A stretch of 42,909 bases of DNA, taken from positions 1-42,909 of the forward strand of contig QPMI01000211.1 of NCBI GenBank assembly GCA_004431415.1. Direction: 5' to 3'. The position numbers and the translations under genes are program-made. A model generated the notes under the pieces. That model was not told the origin of the DNA. It saw only the letters and a program-made list of their open reading frames with translations, and searched no databases. The stretch is from Cyanophora paradoxa CCMP329 (lineage: Eukaryota; Plantae; Glaucophyta). Every line of letters starts with the position of its first letter. Position 1 is the stretch's first letter. Of the stretch, positions 21,324 to 34,067 are shown piece after piece.

Positions 21324-23356
21324 TCAGACCCTGAGGATGGCGCGCTTGCCGGCGGTGACGCGCACGTCGCGGTCGCCCGCCTGGCGGGGGTTAGCTGCGG
21401 GCGCGGGGGGCGCGGCGCGGGCGGGGCGCACGACCGAGGCGACGCTGGGGGCCCGCGCCCCCGCGGGGTCACGTTCATCGCGTCCAGGGCCCCGGCGCTG
21501 AGGCCCCCCGACGCCCGCCCCGCAGCCCCCAGCCGGATCGAGCGCCGGTCCCCCGACGCCGACCCCGCCGCGAAGGAGCCCGAGCGCGTCTGCATGCGCA
21601 CGGGGACGCTCGCCGCGCTCCCCGCGTCGTCCTCGCCGACGAGCCGCAGCGCCCGCTTCTGCGCCGCGATCGCCAGCAGGTCGTTCGCGCTGGGGGCCCC
21701 GTCGTCGGCCCCGTCGGCGCAGGCGCAGCCGCAGGAGAAGAAGCGGAGCAGGGAGCGCCCGAGGCTCCGCGAGGGCGTCTCGTCGAGCGGGCGCCGCCGG
21801 TTCGGCGAGTACGCCTGCCGCTTCAGCTGCTCCCGCTCCACTGCGCCCGCCTCAGCGCGGCCGGCCGGCCGGCGGGCGGGCGCGGCGGGGCGGGGCGGGG
21901 CGGGCCGTGGGCGGCGAGGGTGGCGGCGTCCTCGAGCGCCTCCTCGTCCACTGCCGCCCCTCAGCGCCGCCCCGCCGGGGCCCGGGGGCGTGGCGCGGCG
22001 CACCCGAGACGGCCGACCACGCGCGGGCGTCGCCGCCGAGGGCCGCCCACAGGGCCGCCCGCGCGGCGGAGGGCGAGGCCTGGGGCGCCGGCTGCGGGGG
22101 CGTCAGCGGGGGGCGACGGGGCCTGGGGCGGGAGCGGGGCGGGGGCGGGGGCGGGGGCGGGGCGGGGGGGGGGGGGGTACGGGCCTCGGGGACGACCTCG
22201 AGGACCTCGGGGACGAAGGCGAGCTGCACGTGCAGCTTGCCCCGCATCTTCGTCGGGTCCTGCTGCAGCGACAGCCACAGGTCCGCCGTCTTCGCCTGCC
22301 CGCTCGCCAGCAGGCTCTCGAAGTCCACCGTCACGTACCCCAGCCGCTGCCGCGTGAACAGGTCGAACACCTGCCCCCGCCGCCGCCCCGCCCGTCACGC
22401 CACCGGCTTCGGAGGCGGGGGCGGGGCGCGGGGCGGGGCCGGGGCGGGCCTGGAGGAAGATGAGGGCGTTGGAGAGGTACCGCCTCCGCAGCTCCCGCAC
22501 GAACACTGCCCCCCCGTCAAGCGGGTCGGGGCGGGGCGGCGCGGGGCGGGGCGCACCCTGGTCGGACCAGCGCCACTCGCCGCTCGCGTAGACGGCGGGG
22601 CCCGTAAAGAACTCGCGCCCCGCGACTGCGCCGGCGGCGGGGTCGGGCGGGGGAGGCGGGTGGGGCGGGGCGGGGCGGGGCGGACGCTCGACGCAGACGA
22701 AGGGGACGAGGCGGGAGGCCTCCTCGCCCTTGGTGAGGCCCACGGCGGCGTGCACCCGCACGACCATCTGCGCCCGCTGCAGCCGCCGCCGCGTCCCCTG
22801 CGACCCCCCCCACGCGCTCTGCGCCTCCGACCCCTGCCCCCCCCGTCAGGCCCGCGAGGCGGGGCGGGGCGGGGCGGGCCGGGCGGCGCACGTTGGACTG
22901 GAAGGAGCGGACGCTCATCATGGAGTTGCGCCCGTCGCCGCCGCGCATTTGCGAGTCGCGGCCGTTGGCGCCGCGCGAGAAAGAGGTGCGCCCGTTGGCG
23001 GAGACGAAGCTGTCGCGGCCGCCGGCGCTCTTCTCCGACATAAGGCTCTCGCGCGCGTCCGGGAAGAGTTCGTCGCCGCTGCGGTTGATTGCCCGCGTCT
23101 GCGCCGGCATCTTCCCCTTGCTGCTGGTGCCGAACGAGCGCCGGCTCTCCCCAGGCGAGTTCTGTTCGGTCGTCGGCCGCGTCCTCAGCGGCGCCTTTGG
23201 TGCGCCGTTCGACATCGCCCCGTTCGTCCCGTTCGTCCCGTTCGTCCCGTTCGTGTGGCCCGGCTCGTCCTTGTCGCTGGCCGCCGCCGGGCTCAACCCG
23301 ACACCCGCGCCAGCGTTCGCGTTGTTCACAGCGCTCATTATGGCGTTGGCTAGCAT
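21324..23356 (-). CDS. C2-domain protein (multi-exon)
   Basis: Spliced product MLANAIMSAV..MVVRVHAAVGLTKGEEASRLVPFVCVELAGREFFTGPAVYASGEWRWSDQ..IFLQVFDLFTRQRLGYVTVDFESLL..DLWLSLQ..RGKLHVQLAF has the C2 beta-sandwich pattern. 3' end is approximate (needs a frame change in a G/C run). Confidence 0.75.
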
Positions 23357-23832
23357 CGCTGGACTCGCTGGAATCTGCGCCAGGCCAGTAAAGGTCAGCT
23401 CCGTGGTCTGGTCTTAGAGGTTTTCTGCAATCATCAACCGCCGCGGGCCGCACCTCAAGAAGTTGACTTGCCAGTCGACTCAGTTGGAGCCCGCCTGATC
23501 GACTGTCAGTCGGAGGGTCTTCCGAAGTTCGCCTGGTGGAGGTTCGTCGCACTTCGGATCCGCAGCCGGCGGCTCCAGCCGATGTACCGATGTACCGATC
23601 TGCTCTCTCTGTACCGATGCTAGAGCCACGACGCGCTCCTAGGCCTCGGCTGGGAACCAGCTGACTGTTGCGCTGGCTCGTGATGCGTCTACCCCCCCGC
23701 GCTCAGACCCTGCCGATCGAGCACAGAAGCCCGTCACGCGTCCGGGACCCGCAGAATCTTTCGTGATCGGATCGAGGGCATTCGAGCAATTTCGAGGCCC
23801 GCAGCAGCAGGGCTGTGCAGCCTGTGTTCACG

Positions 23833-26800
23833 ATGGAGGATGATGGCACGAGGAGGCGGAGGGCCGCAGCGCGCTGCCCGCGTATCCGCGTGGGCCTCGC
23901 CCGCGTCGTGCTCCCAATCTTCATCCTCCTGCTTATCTCATCGATCGTGGTGAGCCGTGAGCGTCGAGCGCTTCGAATTGCTCTGGCCATGGCCACCGGC
24001 GCTGCAGCGCGCATGCATCTCCGCTGTGCGATTCGAATGCTGCGCTCCGGTGCCCCTGAGCGCTTTCTCAGATGATCACAGTCATTTCCTCGACGTACGC
24101 AAATCGCACGGCTTCTCGCCTTAGCCGCTTCTATTTGGAACAAGTCGGCCACAGAATCGAAGCGGTCCGCACTAGTACTCGCTCGCGGCGCGCTAGCGCG
24201 CGTACGCGTGGAGCGCTCCTGCGGCCGCGGCTGCGCGCGGCTGGCGACGCGCCGCGCGCAGCGGTACCAGGACTTACAGAACGCGACGGAGCGGGCGACG
24301 GCGTCGCTGGGGGCGCGCATCCTGCGGTCGACGGGCGGCCGCGCGATGAGCTCCGCCGACTTCGGCGCCATCGCGAATCTCGCGCTCGACGCCTTCAGCG
24401 AGGGCGCCGGCCACCACTTCAACCTCTTCGGGGCCCGCCGCCGCCCGCGCTCGTGCTCCGCCCGCCTCGAGCTCGCCGGCGCACTGATCACGGCGACGGC
24501 GCGCGCGTTGGGCAGATGACGCTGCCGAACCGGGAGCAGCTGCTGCTGCGGCGGGAGAGCCCCGAGGCCTTCCTCGCCCAGTGGCCCCGCGCCGCCTACC
24601 CCGTCTCCATGCTCTCCTGGCGCATAAACGCGAGCCTGCCCGACTCCGCCCCGGGCCGCCCCGCCGTGCGCCGCGCCGCCCCACGCGCCGCGCCCCCCCG
24701 CCCGCCCCCAGCCGGCGCGTGCGCTGCATCTTCTCCCCCAGGTGGACCGCTTCACGTCGTACCTGGACCGGGAGACGGGCCGCTGGGTCGTCTTCGAGCG
24801 CGCCCCCAACGTCCCCGTCGACTTCAGGCGCCCCCGCCCCCTGCCGCGCGCTCCCTCGGCGGGGCGCGCCTGAGGCGGGTGACGCCAGGCTGCGCCCGTA
24901 CGTCGTCTCCGCAAAGGAAACGAAGGCCCCGGTGCGCATGCGCCGGGGCGCGCCCCCGCACGCCACTGGGCCCCCGTCCTCACCCGAGGCCCCGGCCCGC
25001 CCGCAGCTCTGGTCTCCCGCCTTCCCGGTACTAGATGCCATTCCCGCCCTTTCTCCTCCGCCCTCGCCCCCCTCTGAGCCAAGTGCAGTTCAACGCGAGC
25101 ATCCTGGGGGCGGCGCAGGTGCCTGTGCCCTGCCCTCGCCGGCGGGGCTGCGAGCGGGGCGGGGGCAGTTCGTGCACGTGGCGCCGCTGTACACGGGGGC
25201 GCCCTGGACGGCCCCCGACCTCCCCGGCGCCCTCGGGGAGACCCTGCCCCCGGAGATCCCGCCCTACGCGCCGCCCCCGGGCAGCGTCTACCGCGGCGCC
25301 GTGCGCCCCGCGAGGGCCCCCGCCGCAATCCGATCTCCGGGAGCGAGCGGGGCGCAGATCGCGCTGACGCTGCAGGGCCTGCGCCAGTACGTGACGAACG
25401 TCAAGGTCGCCGAGAGCGGTGCGCCGCCCCGGCCCGCCCGCCTCCCCGCGGCGGCCGCCGGGGCGAGGGAGGGAGGGCGGGGCAGGGTTCGCGGCGCTGG
25501 TGGCGAACGACATCGCGAGCGGGGCGCCGCGGGCGGTGGCGTACAAGCGGGCGGGGGCGATCGTGCGGCCGGTCCCGGCGGACCCCGTGGCGGGGACGAA
25601 CCTCGCCTTCGTGGAGACTGAGCAGCTCGCCGACCCCGAGCTCAAGGCCCGCCCCGCCCCGCCCCGCCACCCGCCCCCGAGCCCCGGGCGACGGGGGGCG
25701 GGGCGGGGCAGGCGTTCATGGAGGCGATGCCGCAGCGCCTCAGCGAGCTGCCCCTCCCGCCCCCCGCCGAGGCCGGCCTCCAGTTCGAGCCCTCCGAGGG
25801 GCCCGCCGCCCCCTTCATGCAGGCCCGCCCCGCCCCACTCCGCCCCGCCCCGCGCGTCTTCCGCGTGCGGCGGCGAGGGGGGCGCAGGAGATGGAGTTCA
25901 AGGTCGGGGGCCGGGAGTACGTCGGGCGCTGGCGCAAGCTCGCGGGGCAGCCCGGCGGGGCCCCAAACGCGACCATGCAGGCGCGCCCCCCTGCCCGCGA
26001 CCGCTGCAATTTCCCGCGATCCACGGCGACGCGGCGCGCGCGCAGCTCGTCCTCGGGGTCGCCGCCCCCAAGTCCGGTGCGGGCGGCTCCTCGCGGCCTC
26101 TGCGAGGGGGGCGGGGCCGAGGAGGGGCGGGCAGAGATCGAGGGCGACGTGGCGCGGCTGGAGGCGGCGACCATCGCCATCTCTGCGGCCTGCGGCGGCC
26201 TAGCCCTCCTCCTCGGCGCCGCCACCGTCCTCGAGGCGACCTCTCCTCCCGCCCCCGCGCCGGGGCCGGGGCCGCTGACGGTGGGACAGGTGCGGCGGGC
26301 GATGGGCCGGCTGCGAGGCGAGCTCGACGCGATGGCCTTCTTCAGGCGCCGCCCCGCCCCCAGGGCCTCCGGGCGGCCGCCGCCCGTCGCTCTCACCCTC
26401 ACCGCCCCGCAGCCTCGATCCCGACGCCCCGGGGCCGCCCCCTGTCGCCCCCGCCGCCACCCCGCCGGCCCCGCCCTCGGGCCTCGCCGGCTTCTTCGCC
26501 CGCCGCGGCAGCGTCGGCCGCCGCCGCCGCGCCTCGCACGCCGACCCCGAGGCCCCCGCCGGCCCCGCCCTCGCCCCGGGCGGCCCGCTGCTCTCGCAGG
26601 CGCCGCACGGGGCGGGGCGGGGCCGGCTGCGCTCCCCCATCTCGGAGCTCGACGAGGTGCGCGGCGGCGCGCCCCGCCCGCGCGGGCCGGGGCGAGGGGG
26701 AAGCTCGCAGGTGGGCGAGGCGCTGGCGAAGATGCAGCAGGCCGTCCAGGTGCCCGCGCCGGCGCCCGCAACCCCCCGCCCCGCCCCGCCCCCGACCGCC

Positions 26801-29800
26801 ACGCGCCAGCTCACGAGCACCATCTCGGACGCCCTCCTCGTCGTCGACGCCCGCGGTGGCAGCAGCACCCTCCCAGCCCTCCGCTCCCCCGCCCGCGCAC
26901 CTGACGGGGCGGCAGGGGCCGTGGTGCACTCCAACGCGGCCGCCCGCGCCCTCTTCTTTGCCGGTGCGCCCTGCCGCGCACCCGGCCTCGCGGGGGCGAC
27001 GGGGTGAAGGGCGGGGCGGCAGGGGGCGGGGGCGCTGGCCTCGCGGGGCCCGCCCGCATGCCCGTCATGTCCCTCGTCGCCCCCGCCGACCGCCCCGCCC
27101 TCGCCGGTCCCCCGGCCCCCGCCCCCGCCCCCGCCCCTCCAAACGCCCCCCGCAGGCTTCCTCGCGGCGGAGCAGGCGCCCGGGGCGACGATCGAGTGCT
27201 CGGCCCTCGCCTTGGGCGACCCCGTCCCCGGGGCCCCGGAGGGCGGCGCGGGGCGGGCCTTCCCCGTGGAGCTCAGCGTCGGGCGCATGGAGCTGCGCGA
27301 CCAGACCCTCCAGGTGCCCCCGCGCCTCCCCTCCCCTGCGCCCCGCCAGCGCCCCCCACGCCTCTCCCGCAGGTGCTGGTCGTCCGGGACGGTGCGCAGG
27401 GGCGGCGCAGGGGTGCTGCGGCGGGCGCGGCTGAGGGGACGGGGCAGTGTCGGAGCGGAAGGCGATGGAGGGGGCGCTGCAGCGCAGCGAGGCCGCCGCC
27501 CGCGTCACCTCCGAGGTGCCCCCGCGCCCCCGCGCCTCGCCCGAGCGCTCACGGCGGGGGCCGGCAGGACCTGCGCCGCATCATCGACACCGGTGCCGCG
27601 CTGCCTCCGCCCGCCTCGCGAGGGCGAGGCGAGCGGGGGCGGCCGGGGCGCAGCGAACGCGCCCATCTTCAACGTGGACCCCGCGCTGCGCGTCACCGCC
27701 TGGAACCGCGCCGCGGCACGAGTCACCGGCATCCAGCCCGTCCGCTCCCGACCAATCGCCCGCTGGCCGCCGGCGGGGCGTCGCGGGGGCGATGCGGGGC
27801 GGGGCGGGGGGCAGGGGCGATCGTGGGGCGGAACCTGCTGGAGCTGGTGGCGGAGCGGGACCGCGTCGGCGCCCAGCTCCTCTTCGCCCGCGTCCGCCCC
27901 GCAGCCGCCCCCGCCCGGCCCTGCGCCGGGCGAGGGTCGGCGGCAGGCGCTGGAGGGGGCGGGGGAGGAGGGGAGGGGAGGGGGAGCCCGTCGAGCTCGG
28001 CTTCGCCGTCCCGGCCGCCGCCGCAAGAGGCCCGCCCCGCCCCGCCTGCGCCTCCGGGGCCGAGGCCGGGGCGACGGGGCGGCAGCGGGAGCAACGCGAG
28101 CTCGAGCGGCGGCTCGCAGCCCCTCTCCTCGCTCGCCTCGTCGGCCCTCTCGCAGGGCGCCCGCCGCCTCGTCCGCCTCCTCGTCAGCGCCACCGCCAGG
28201 CCCGCCCCGCCCGCCCACCCCGCCCACCCCGCCCCGCCGCCGGCCCGAGCGCGCGGGCGCAGGCGGGACGCGCACGGGCGCGTCGTGGGCGCCGTCGCCG
28301 TCGGCCAGGCCCGCCCGCGAGCCGCCCCCGCCAGGGGCGTGCGCTGGGGTCTGAGGCGGGCGCTGTGGGGATCCGCGGGGCGCAGGACATGACGGAGCAG
28401 CGGGCGCGGATCGAGGCGGAGGCAATCAACGAGACGCGCAACCGCTTCCTCGTGCGCTCTGCTCGGCCCCTCGCCCGCTGCGCCCCCGCGGGAGCGCCGG
28501 GGCGCAGGCGTACACCGTCCACGAGCTCCGCACGCCCCTCAACGGTGCGCGGCGTAGCGGCGCGGCCTGGCACGGCGACGGCGATGGGCGGGGCAGGGGT
28601 GCTGGGCATGGGCGAGCTGCTGGGGGAGACGCGGCTGGACGGGGAGCAGCGGGAGCTTGCCCACGCCATCCGCATCTCCGCCGAGCAGGTGCCCCCGCCC
28701 CGCCCCGGCCCCGCATCCGCGTGCCCGCCCACGCGCCCCCGCCCGTGCCCAGATGCTCGTCATCGTCAACGAGTGCGCTCGGGCCCGTCCTCGCGCCTCC
28801 TCGCGGGAGCGGACGCCCTGGCCCTCTCAAACCTCTCTTCGCCCCGGGCCCCGCCGCAGCCTTCTCGACGTGCGCCCCGCGCAACCCCCCTCTCCTCGCC
28901 CCTCCCCCGCTCACCCAGCCCCGCGCCGTGCACGCGCAGCTGCACAAGATCGAGGTCCGGGGGGCGGCGCGGGGCGGGCCCGGCCGGGGCCCCCTTCGAC
29001 CTGGGTTCGGGCAGGCGGGGCGGATCGTGCTGGAGGCGATCCCCTTCGACCTCCGCGCTGTCGTCGAGGACACCGTCGAGGCCCGCCGCCCCCGCTCCCC
29101 CGCCCTGCCGGCATCGAGCCGCGCGGGCCGGGGCGCAGGCCGTCGCCCCCGCGGCCTTCGAGAAGGGCGTCGAGATCGCCGCGTACCTCCCCTGCGAGGG
29201 CGCTGCAGCCGGCCCCGGCGAGGCCGCCATCCCCATCCCCGCCCGCCTCCTCGGCGACCCCTGCCGCGTCAAGCAGGCCCGCCCCGCGAGCTCTCCCGCG
29301 CGCCGCCTGGCCGCGCCGACGGGCTGGGCGGGCAGATCATCACGAACCTCGCCTTCAACGGGGTGAAGTTCACGCAGCGCGGCCACGTGCTCGTGCGGGT
29401 GGCCGCCGTCCGCGCCCTCCCCGCCGCCATCCTCCTCCGCATCGAGGCCCGCCCCCGCCCCCGCGCGCGCCCCCGGGGCGGCAGCTGAGGGGGCGGCAGG
29501 TCGAGGACACGGGCCTCGGCATCGACGAGTGCGCCCCGGGCCCCCGCCCCCGCCGCTGCCCGCCCCGACCCCGTCCCCCTCTCCGCGCGCGCAGGAGCGG
29601 CCTCGAGCGGATCTTCCAGGAGTGCGCGCCGGGACCGCAGTCCCTCCCCGCCCCCGCGGGCGGCCAGGCTGACGCGGGGGCGGCAGCTACGTGCAGGCCG
29701 ACCAGTCCATCACCCGGTGCGCCCCCTGTCGCCCCGGCGGGGGCAGGCACGGCGGCTAAGCGCGCTCGGCGGGGGCAGGCTCTACGGGGGGACGGGCATG

Positions 29801-32309
29801 GGCGAGCCCTTCGCCGTCCCCGCTTCGCGCCGGGCCTCGGGGGCGTGACGGCGTGTGAGCGTGACGGCAGGGCTGGCGGTGTCGAAGCGGCTGGCGGAGC
29901 TGATGGGGGGCCGCATCGGGGTCTCCTCGAGGCCGGGGGAGGGCAGCCTCTTCTTTGTCGAGCTCCGCCTCGGCACCCTCCCCGAGCCCGCCCCCGAGGC
30001 CCGCCCCGCCCCCCGCGCCCCGCGCCCCGCCCCCCGCCCCTCACCCCGCCCGCCCCGCCAGGAGCAAGAGCAGGAGGAGGCGGAGGAGGAGGCGGTGGGG
30101 GGCGTGCTGGGCGGGGAGGGCCGGCAGGCGGGGCCGGCAGCCGAGCCCGAGCGGGCCGAGCTCGCCACCGACCGCGAGGCCTCTGAGGGCGCGCGCCCGC
30201 CAGGCGCCCCCCGGCCACCCTCGCCCACCCGCCGGCGCAGAGGAGGCGGTCGAGGAGGAGGCGGGCGGGGCCGCCGGCCTCATCCCGAACCTCCCCTCCC
30301 TCGCCCTCGTCGAGAACGAGGCGCCTCCCCCCCCGCCCCGCCCCCGCGCAAGCGGCCCCCGACCCGCGGCGGGACGGGGCGGTGCGGGGGCAGATGCTCT
30401 CGCACACGACGACGCCGCCGCCGCCGCGGGTGCTGGCGCGCCCGGGGCCCCCTTCGTGGCCCTCCACGTGGCCCACCCCGACCCCGCCATCGCCGCCATC
30501 GTCTGCTCCGCCCCGCCCCGCCCCGCCCCGCCTCCAATGCGCCGAGGGGCGTGGCGGCAGGTGCGCGCCTACGCCGTGGAGGTCGGCTGGCCGCCCGCCC
30601 TCGTCGACCCCGCCAGGCGAGGCCCCCGCCCCGCGCCGGCGGCGGCGGCCCCGGCCGGGGGCTCACGGGCGGGGCAGGGAGGGCGCGGGGACGGCGGGGG
30701 CGGTGGTGGTGGCGGACGCATCGGTGAGCCCCGAGGCGCTCGCGTGCCCACGGGGCCCCCTCGCCCTCGTCTGGCTCGCCGCCCGCGGCCGCCCCGCGCG
30801 CCGCGGCTCCGTTCGCCGCGGGAGCGAGGCCTCTGCGGGGGACCGCTCCGCCCGCTCCTCCGTCTCCTGCGCCAGGTCCCCGCCCCTCTGCCCCCTCCCC
30901 GGCGCCTGGGGCCCACGGTGGGGCAGTGGGGAGGGGCCGGCGGGGGCGGGGCCCCCGTGGCGCAGCTGCGGGTGACGAAGCCCGTGCGCCCGCACCGCCT
31001 CGCCGCCGCCCTCCAGGTGCCCCCGCCTCCCCGCGCCCGCCCCGGGCCCCCAGCCGCCTCGTGTGATCGCCCCCGCCGCCCCCAGCGCGCCCTGGAGTCC
31101 GTCTGGGCGCCGCCCCCGCCGCCTTCCTCTCCGGGCCACGGCCGCCCCCGCGCCCTCTCCCTGCGCGGCCTCGCTGGCGCCCTCTCCCCTTTGACCTTGG
31201 GCCTCCCGCCCGGCTCCCCGCCCCGGGCCGGCACTCCCGTGGCGGCCGCCCCGGGGACCCGGCGGCCGTCGCCCGTGCCGGAGCTGAGCCCGCGGACGCG
31301 GCCGCCGACGGCGCACCAGCAGGCCTCCCCAGAGCCCCCGAGAGCCCCGCAGAGGCGGCGCCAGCGGCGCCGGCCCCGGCGACGCCCACGGCGGCCCCGG
31401 CAGCGCTGCCGCAGGCGGCGGGGCCGGCCGCCGGGGCCCCGCCTGCGGCCCCGGCGGCGATCCTGTGCGCCGGCGCCTCTCTCTGCGGCGCTGCGCGCGG
31501 GCTCGCTCTGAAGCGCGGGGCGGGCGGGCGCAGGGTGGTGGACGACGTGGACCTCAAGTGAGCGCCCCGCGCCCCCGGGCCGCGCGGCGGCGGGGCTGAC
31601 GGGGCGGGCTGGGCAGCCGGAAGGTGTGCGTGACGATGCTGCAGCGAGCCGGCCTCCGCTGCGACACCGCCAACCACGGCGGCGAGGTCTCCCGCCCCGC
31701 CCCTGCCACGGGGCGCCGGCTCGAGGGGGCGGGGCGGGGCAGGCGGTGGAGGCGGTGCGGGGCCGGGCGGCGCGGGGCGAGCCGCCCTACGCCCTCGTCT
31801 TCATGGACATGGAGGCCCGCCCGCCCGCCCCGCCCCGCGGCCCGGCCCGCCGCCGCCGCCGCGAGAGCTCGAGCTTTGCGAGCCGCCGCCGAGCGAGCGC
31901 AGATGCCGGTGCTCGACGGCGTCGCCGCCACGCGCGAGATCCGCCGCTTCGTGCGCCCCGGCCCCGGCCCCGCCACCGTCCCCCCGAGCCCTCATCCCGC
32001 GGGGGCCGCAGGAGGCCGAGGAGGGGGCGGGCGGGCCGCCCTCCGCCATCGTGGTGCGCCCCTCCGCGCCCCTCGCCGCTCGGGATCCTCCCCGGGGGAG
32101 CCTGAGGGGCGGGGCGGGAGGCGGTGACGGCGAACGCGCTGTCGACGGGGGCGAGCGCGGAGCGGTGCCGGGAGGCCGGCATGGACGACTTCCTCACCAA
32201 GCGCGGCCGCCCCGCCCCGCCCCCCGCCCGCCTCACGCCCCGCAGGCCCGTCCGCAAGGAGCAGCTCCTCGCCGCCGCCCGTCGCTACGCCCCCGCCGCC
32301 GCACCCTGA
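23833..32309 (+). CDS. Membrane hybrid histidine kinase: TM-dCache-TM-HAMP-like-PAS-PAS-HisKA-HATPase-pseudoREC-REC (~55 introns)
   Basis: Spliced motifs: DFRLRPYV..LWSPAF (dCache-like); ISDALLVVD..FPVELSV..VRDVSERK and ANAPIFNVD..WNRAA (PAS); AYTVHELRTPLNG (H box); VNDLLDLHKIEAG; GDPCRVKQIITNLAFNGVKFT (N box); VEDTGLGI; YGGTGMGLAVSKRLAELMGG; VVDD..VFMDMEMPVLDG..VTANA..GMDDFLTKP (REC). Confidence 0.93.
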
Positions 32310-32491
32310 TCCCCGCCCCCCGACCCGCCCCCCGGCCCGGCGGCCGCCCCGTCCCACTGGCGGCACCCCAGAACCCCCGCCTGCAATGCAGCCGCCTCTG
32401 TACAGTCTCCCCCGAAAACCCTCTCCATTTGGCGCGAGAGAGCCGAGACAGGCGCGGGGAGGGGCAGGCAGGAAAGGGGGAGGGGGCGGGG

Positions 32492-34030
32492 TCAGGGCTG
32501 GGGCGGGGGCCGGGGGCTGGCGAAGGGGTTGGGGAAGTCGCGGGCGGCGGGGAGGGCGGGGAGGAAGACGCGCTCCCAGGCCTGCCGCACGAACTCCTCG
32601 ACGGCGCGCTCGTGCCCCGAGAGGTCCAGGTGGCGCCGCAGGGCGGCCTCGGGGCCGCCCTCGCCCCAGCCCCCGCCCTCGAAGTAGTCCGCCAGCGCCA
32701 GCCCCGCCGCCCGCGCCAGGAAGCCGGCCGTGAGCGCCTGCAGGCCGCGCCCAGCAGGAGGCCGCCGCCGAGGGAGCCGGCGAGGCAGAGGGCGGCGGCG
32801 GCGGCGGCGAGGCCGCGGGCGGTGCCGGCGCCGTCGGCGTCGAGGCGGGCGAGGCCGGCGACGACGCTCTCCGCCAGCTCCTGCGCCCGCCCCGCCTCGA
32901 GCCGCTCCCCGTACGCCCCCGCCACCTCCTCCGCCATCTTCGCCGCCAGCAGCGCCCCGACGGCCGCCCCGGCCCCGCCACGGGGCTCACCGCCACGCCC
33001 CCGGCCACCCGCCACTGGTAGGCCTCGACGAGGGCGGTCGCGGCGCGGCGGCGGGCGGCGGCGAGGCGGGGCCGGGCGCTCCGGGCGGCGCGGAAGCACT
33101 GGTAGAGGGCGTTCTCGGCGAGGAGCTCGGGGCCCTCGGCGGCGGCGACCTGCGCGACGCGGGCCGCGAGCGCGCCGCCCTCGGCCGCCACCACGTCCAG
33201 CGCCGCGCACCGCACGCCCCGCAGCCCGTGCGCCTCCGACCGCAGCGCCTCCAGCCCCGCCTCCCTCCCGCCCCGCTCCCGGGAGGGCCACGAGGAGGCA
33301 GCGCTTGCCCAGGCCCCCGGCGAGGGCGCGCAGGGCGCGGGCGGCGGGCGGGGGGAGCGGGGCGGAGGCGCAGGGGAAGAGGACGAGGTCGGCGGCGGCG
33401 GCGGCCTCGCGGGCGGCGGCCTCGGCGGCGCGGTCGCCCCCGAGGCCGCCCGAGGCCGCCACGAGCAGCTCCCGCCGCACCCCCTGCCCCACCGTCAGCC
33501 CGCGCCGGCGGCGGCGGCAAGCGCGCCCCGCACCTCGAGCCGCAGCGGGCGCATCGCGTCGGGGGCGCCGGGGCCGGGGCCGGGGCCGAGGAGGGCGGCG
33601 GCGGCGGCGGCGGCGGCGGGGGCGCCGCCCTCGCCGAAGCAGACGATGCGGAGGGCGCCGGCCTCGAGGGCCGCCTCGGCGCGCTCGGCCGCCCGCAGCG
33701 CCGCCCGCGCCGCGTCGGCGTCCTCGCCCGCGGCCCCGCGAGGGCGGCCAGCGCCTCCCCGAGCTCCCGCAGCTCCCGCACCCCCGCCCGCGCCTCCTCC
33801 ACCGGCCCCGGCCCCCGCCCTGCCCCGCCCGCCTCCTCCTGCGTCCGCCCCTCCGCCTCCTCAGCGGCGGCCGCCTGCCGTGGCGCCCGCTCCTCCCGCG
33901 GCCGCTCCTCCCGTGCCCGGGGCGGCGGCGGCGCCGGGGCCTTCTTCGCCGCGGCGGCCGCCTCGCAGGGTGCGGCCTTGGTCTTCGCGGCCTTGGCGTG
34001 GGCGCGGCGGCGGAGGTGGGAGCGGACGAA

Positions 34031-34067
<37 letters not shown>

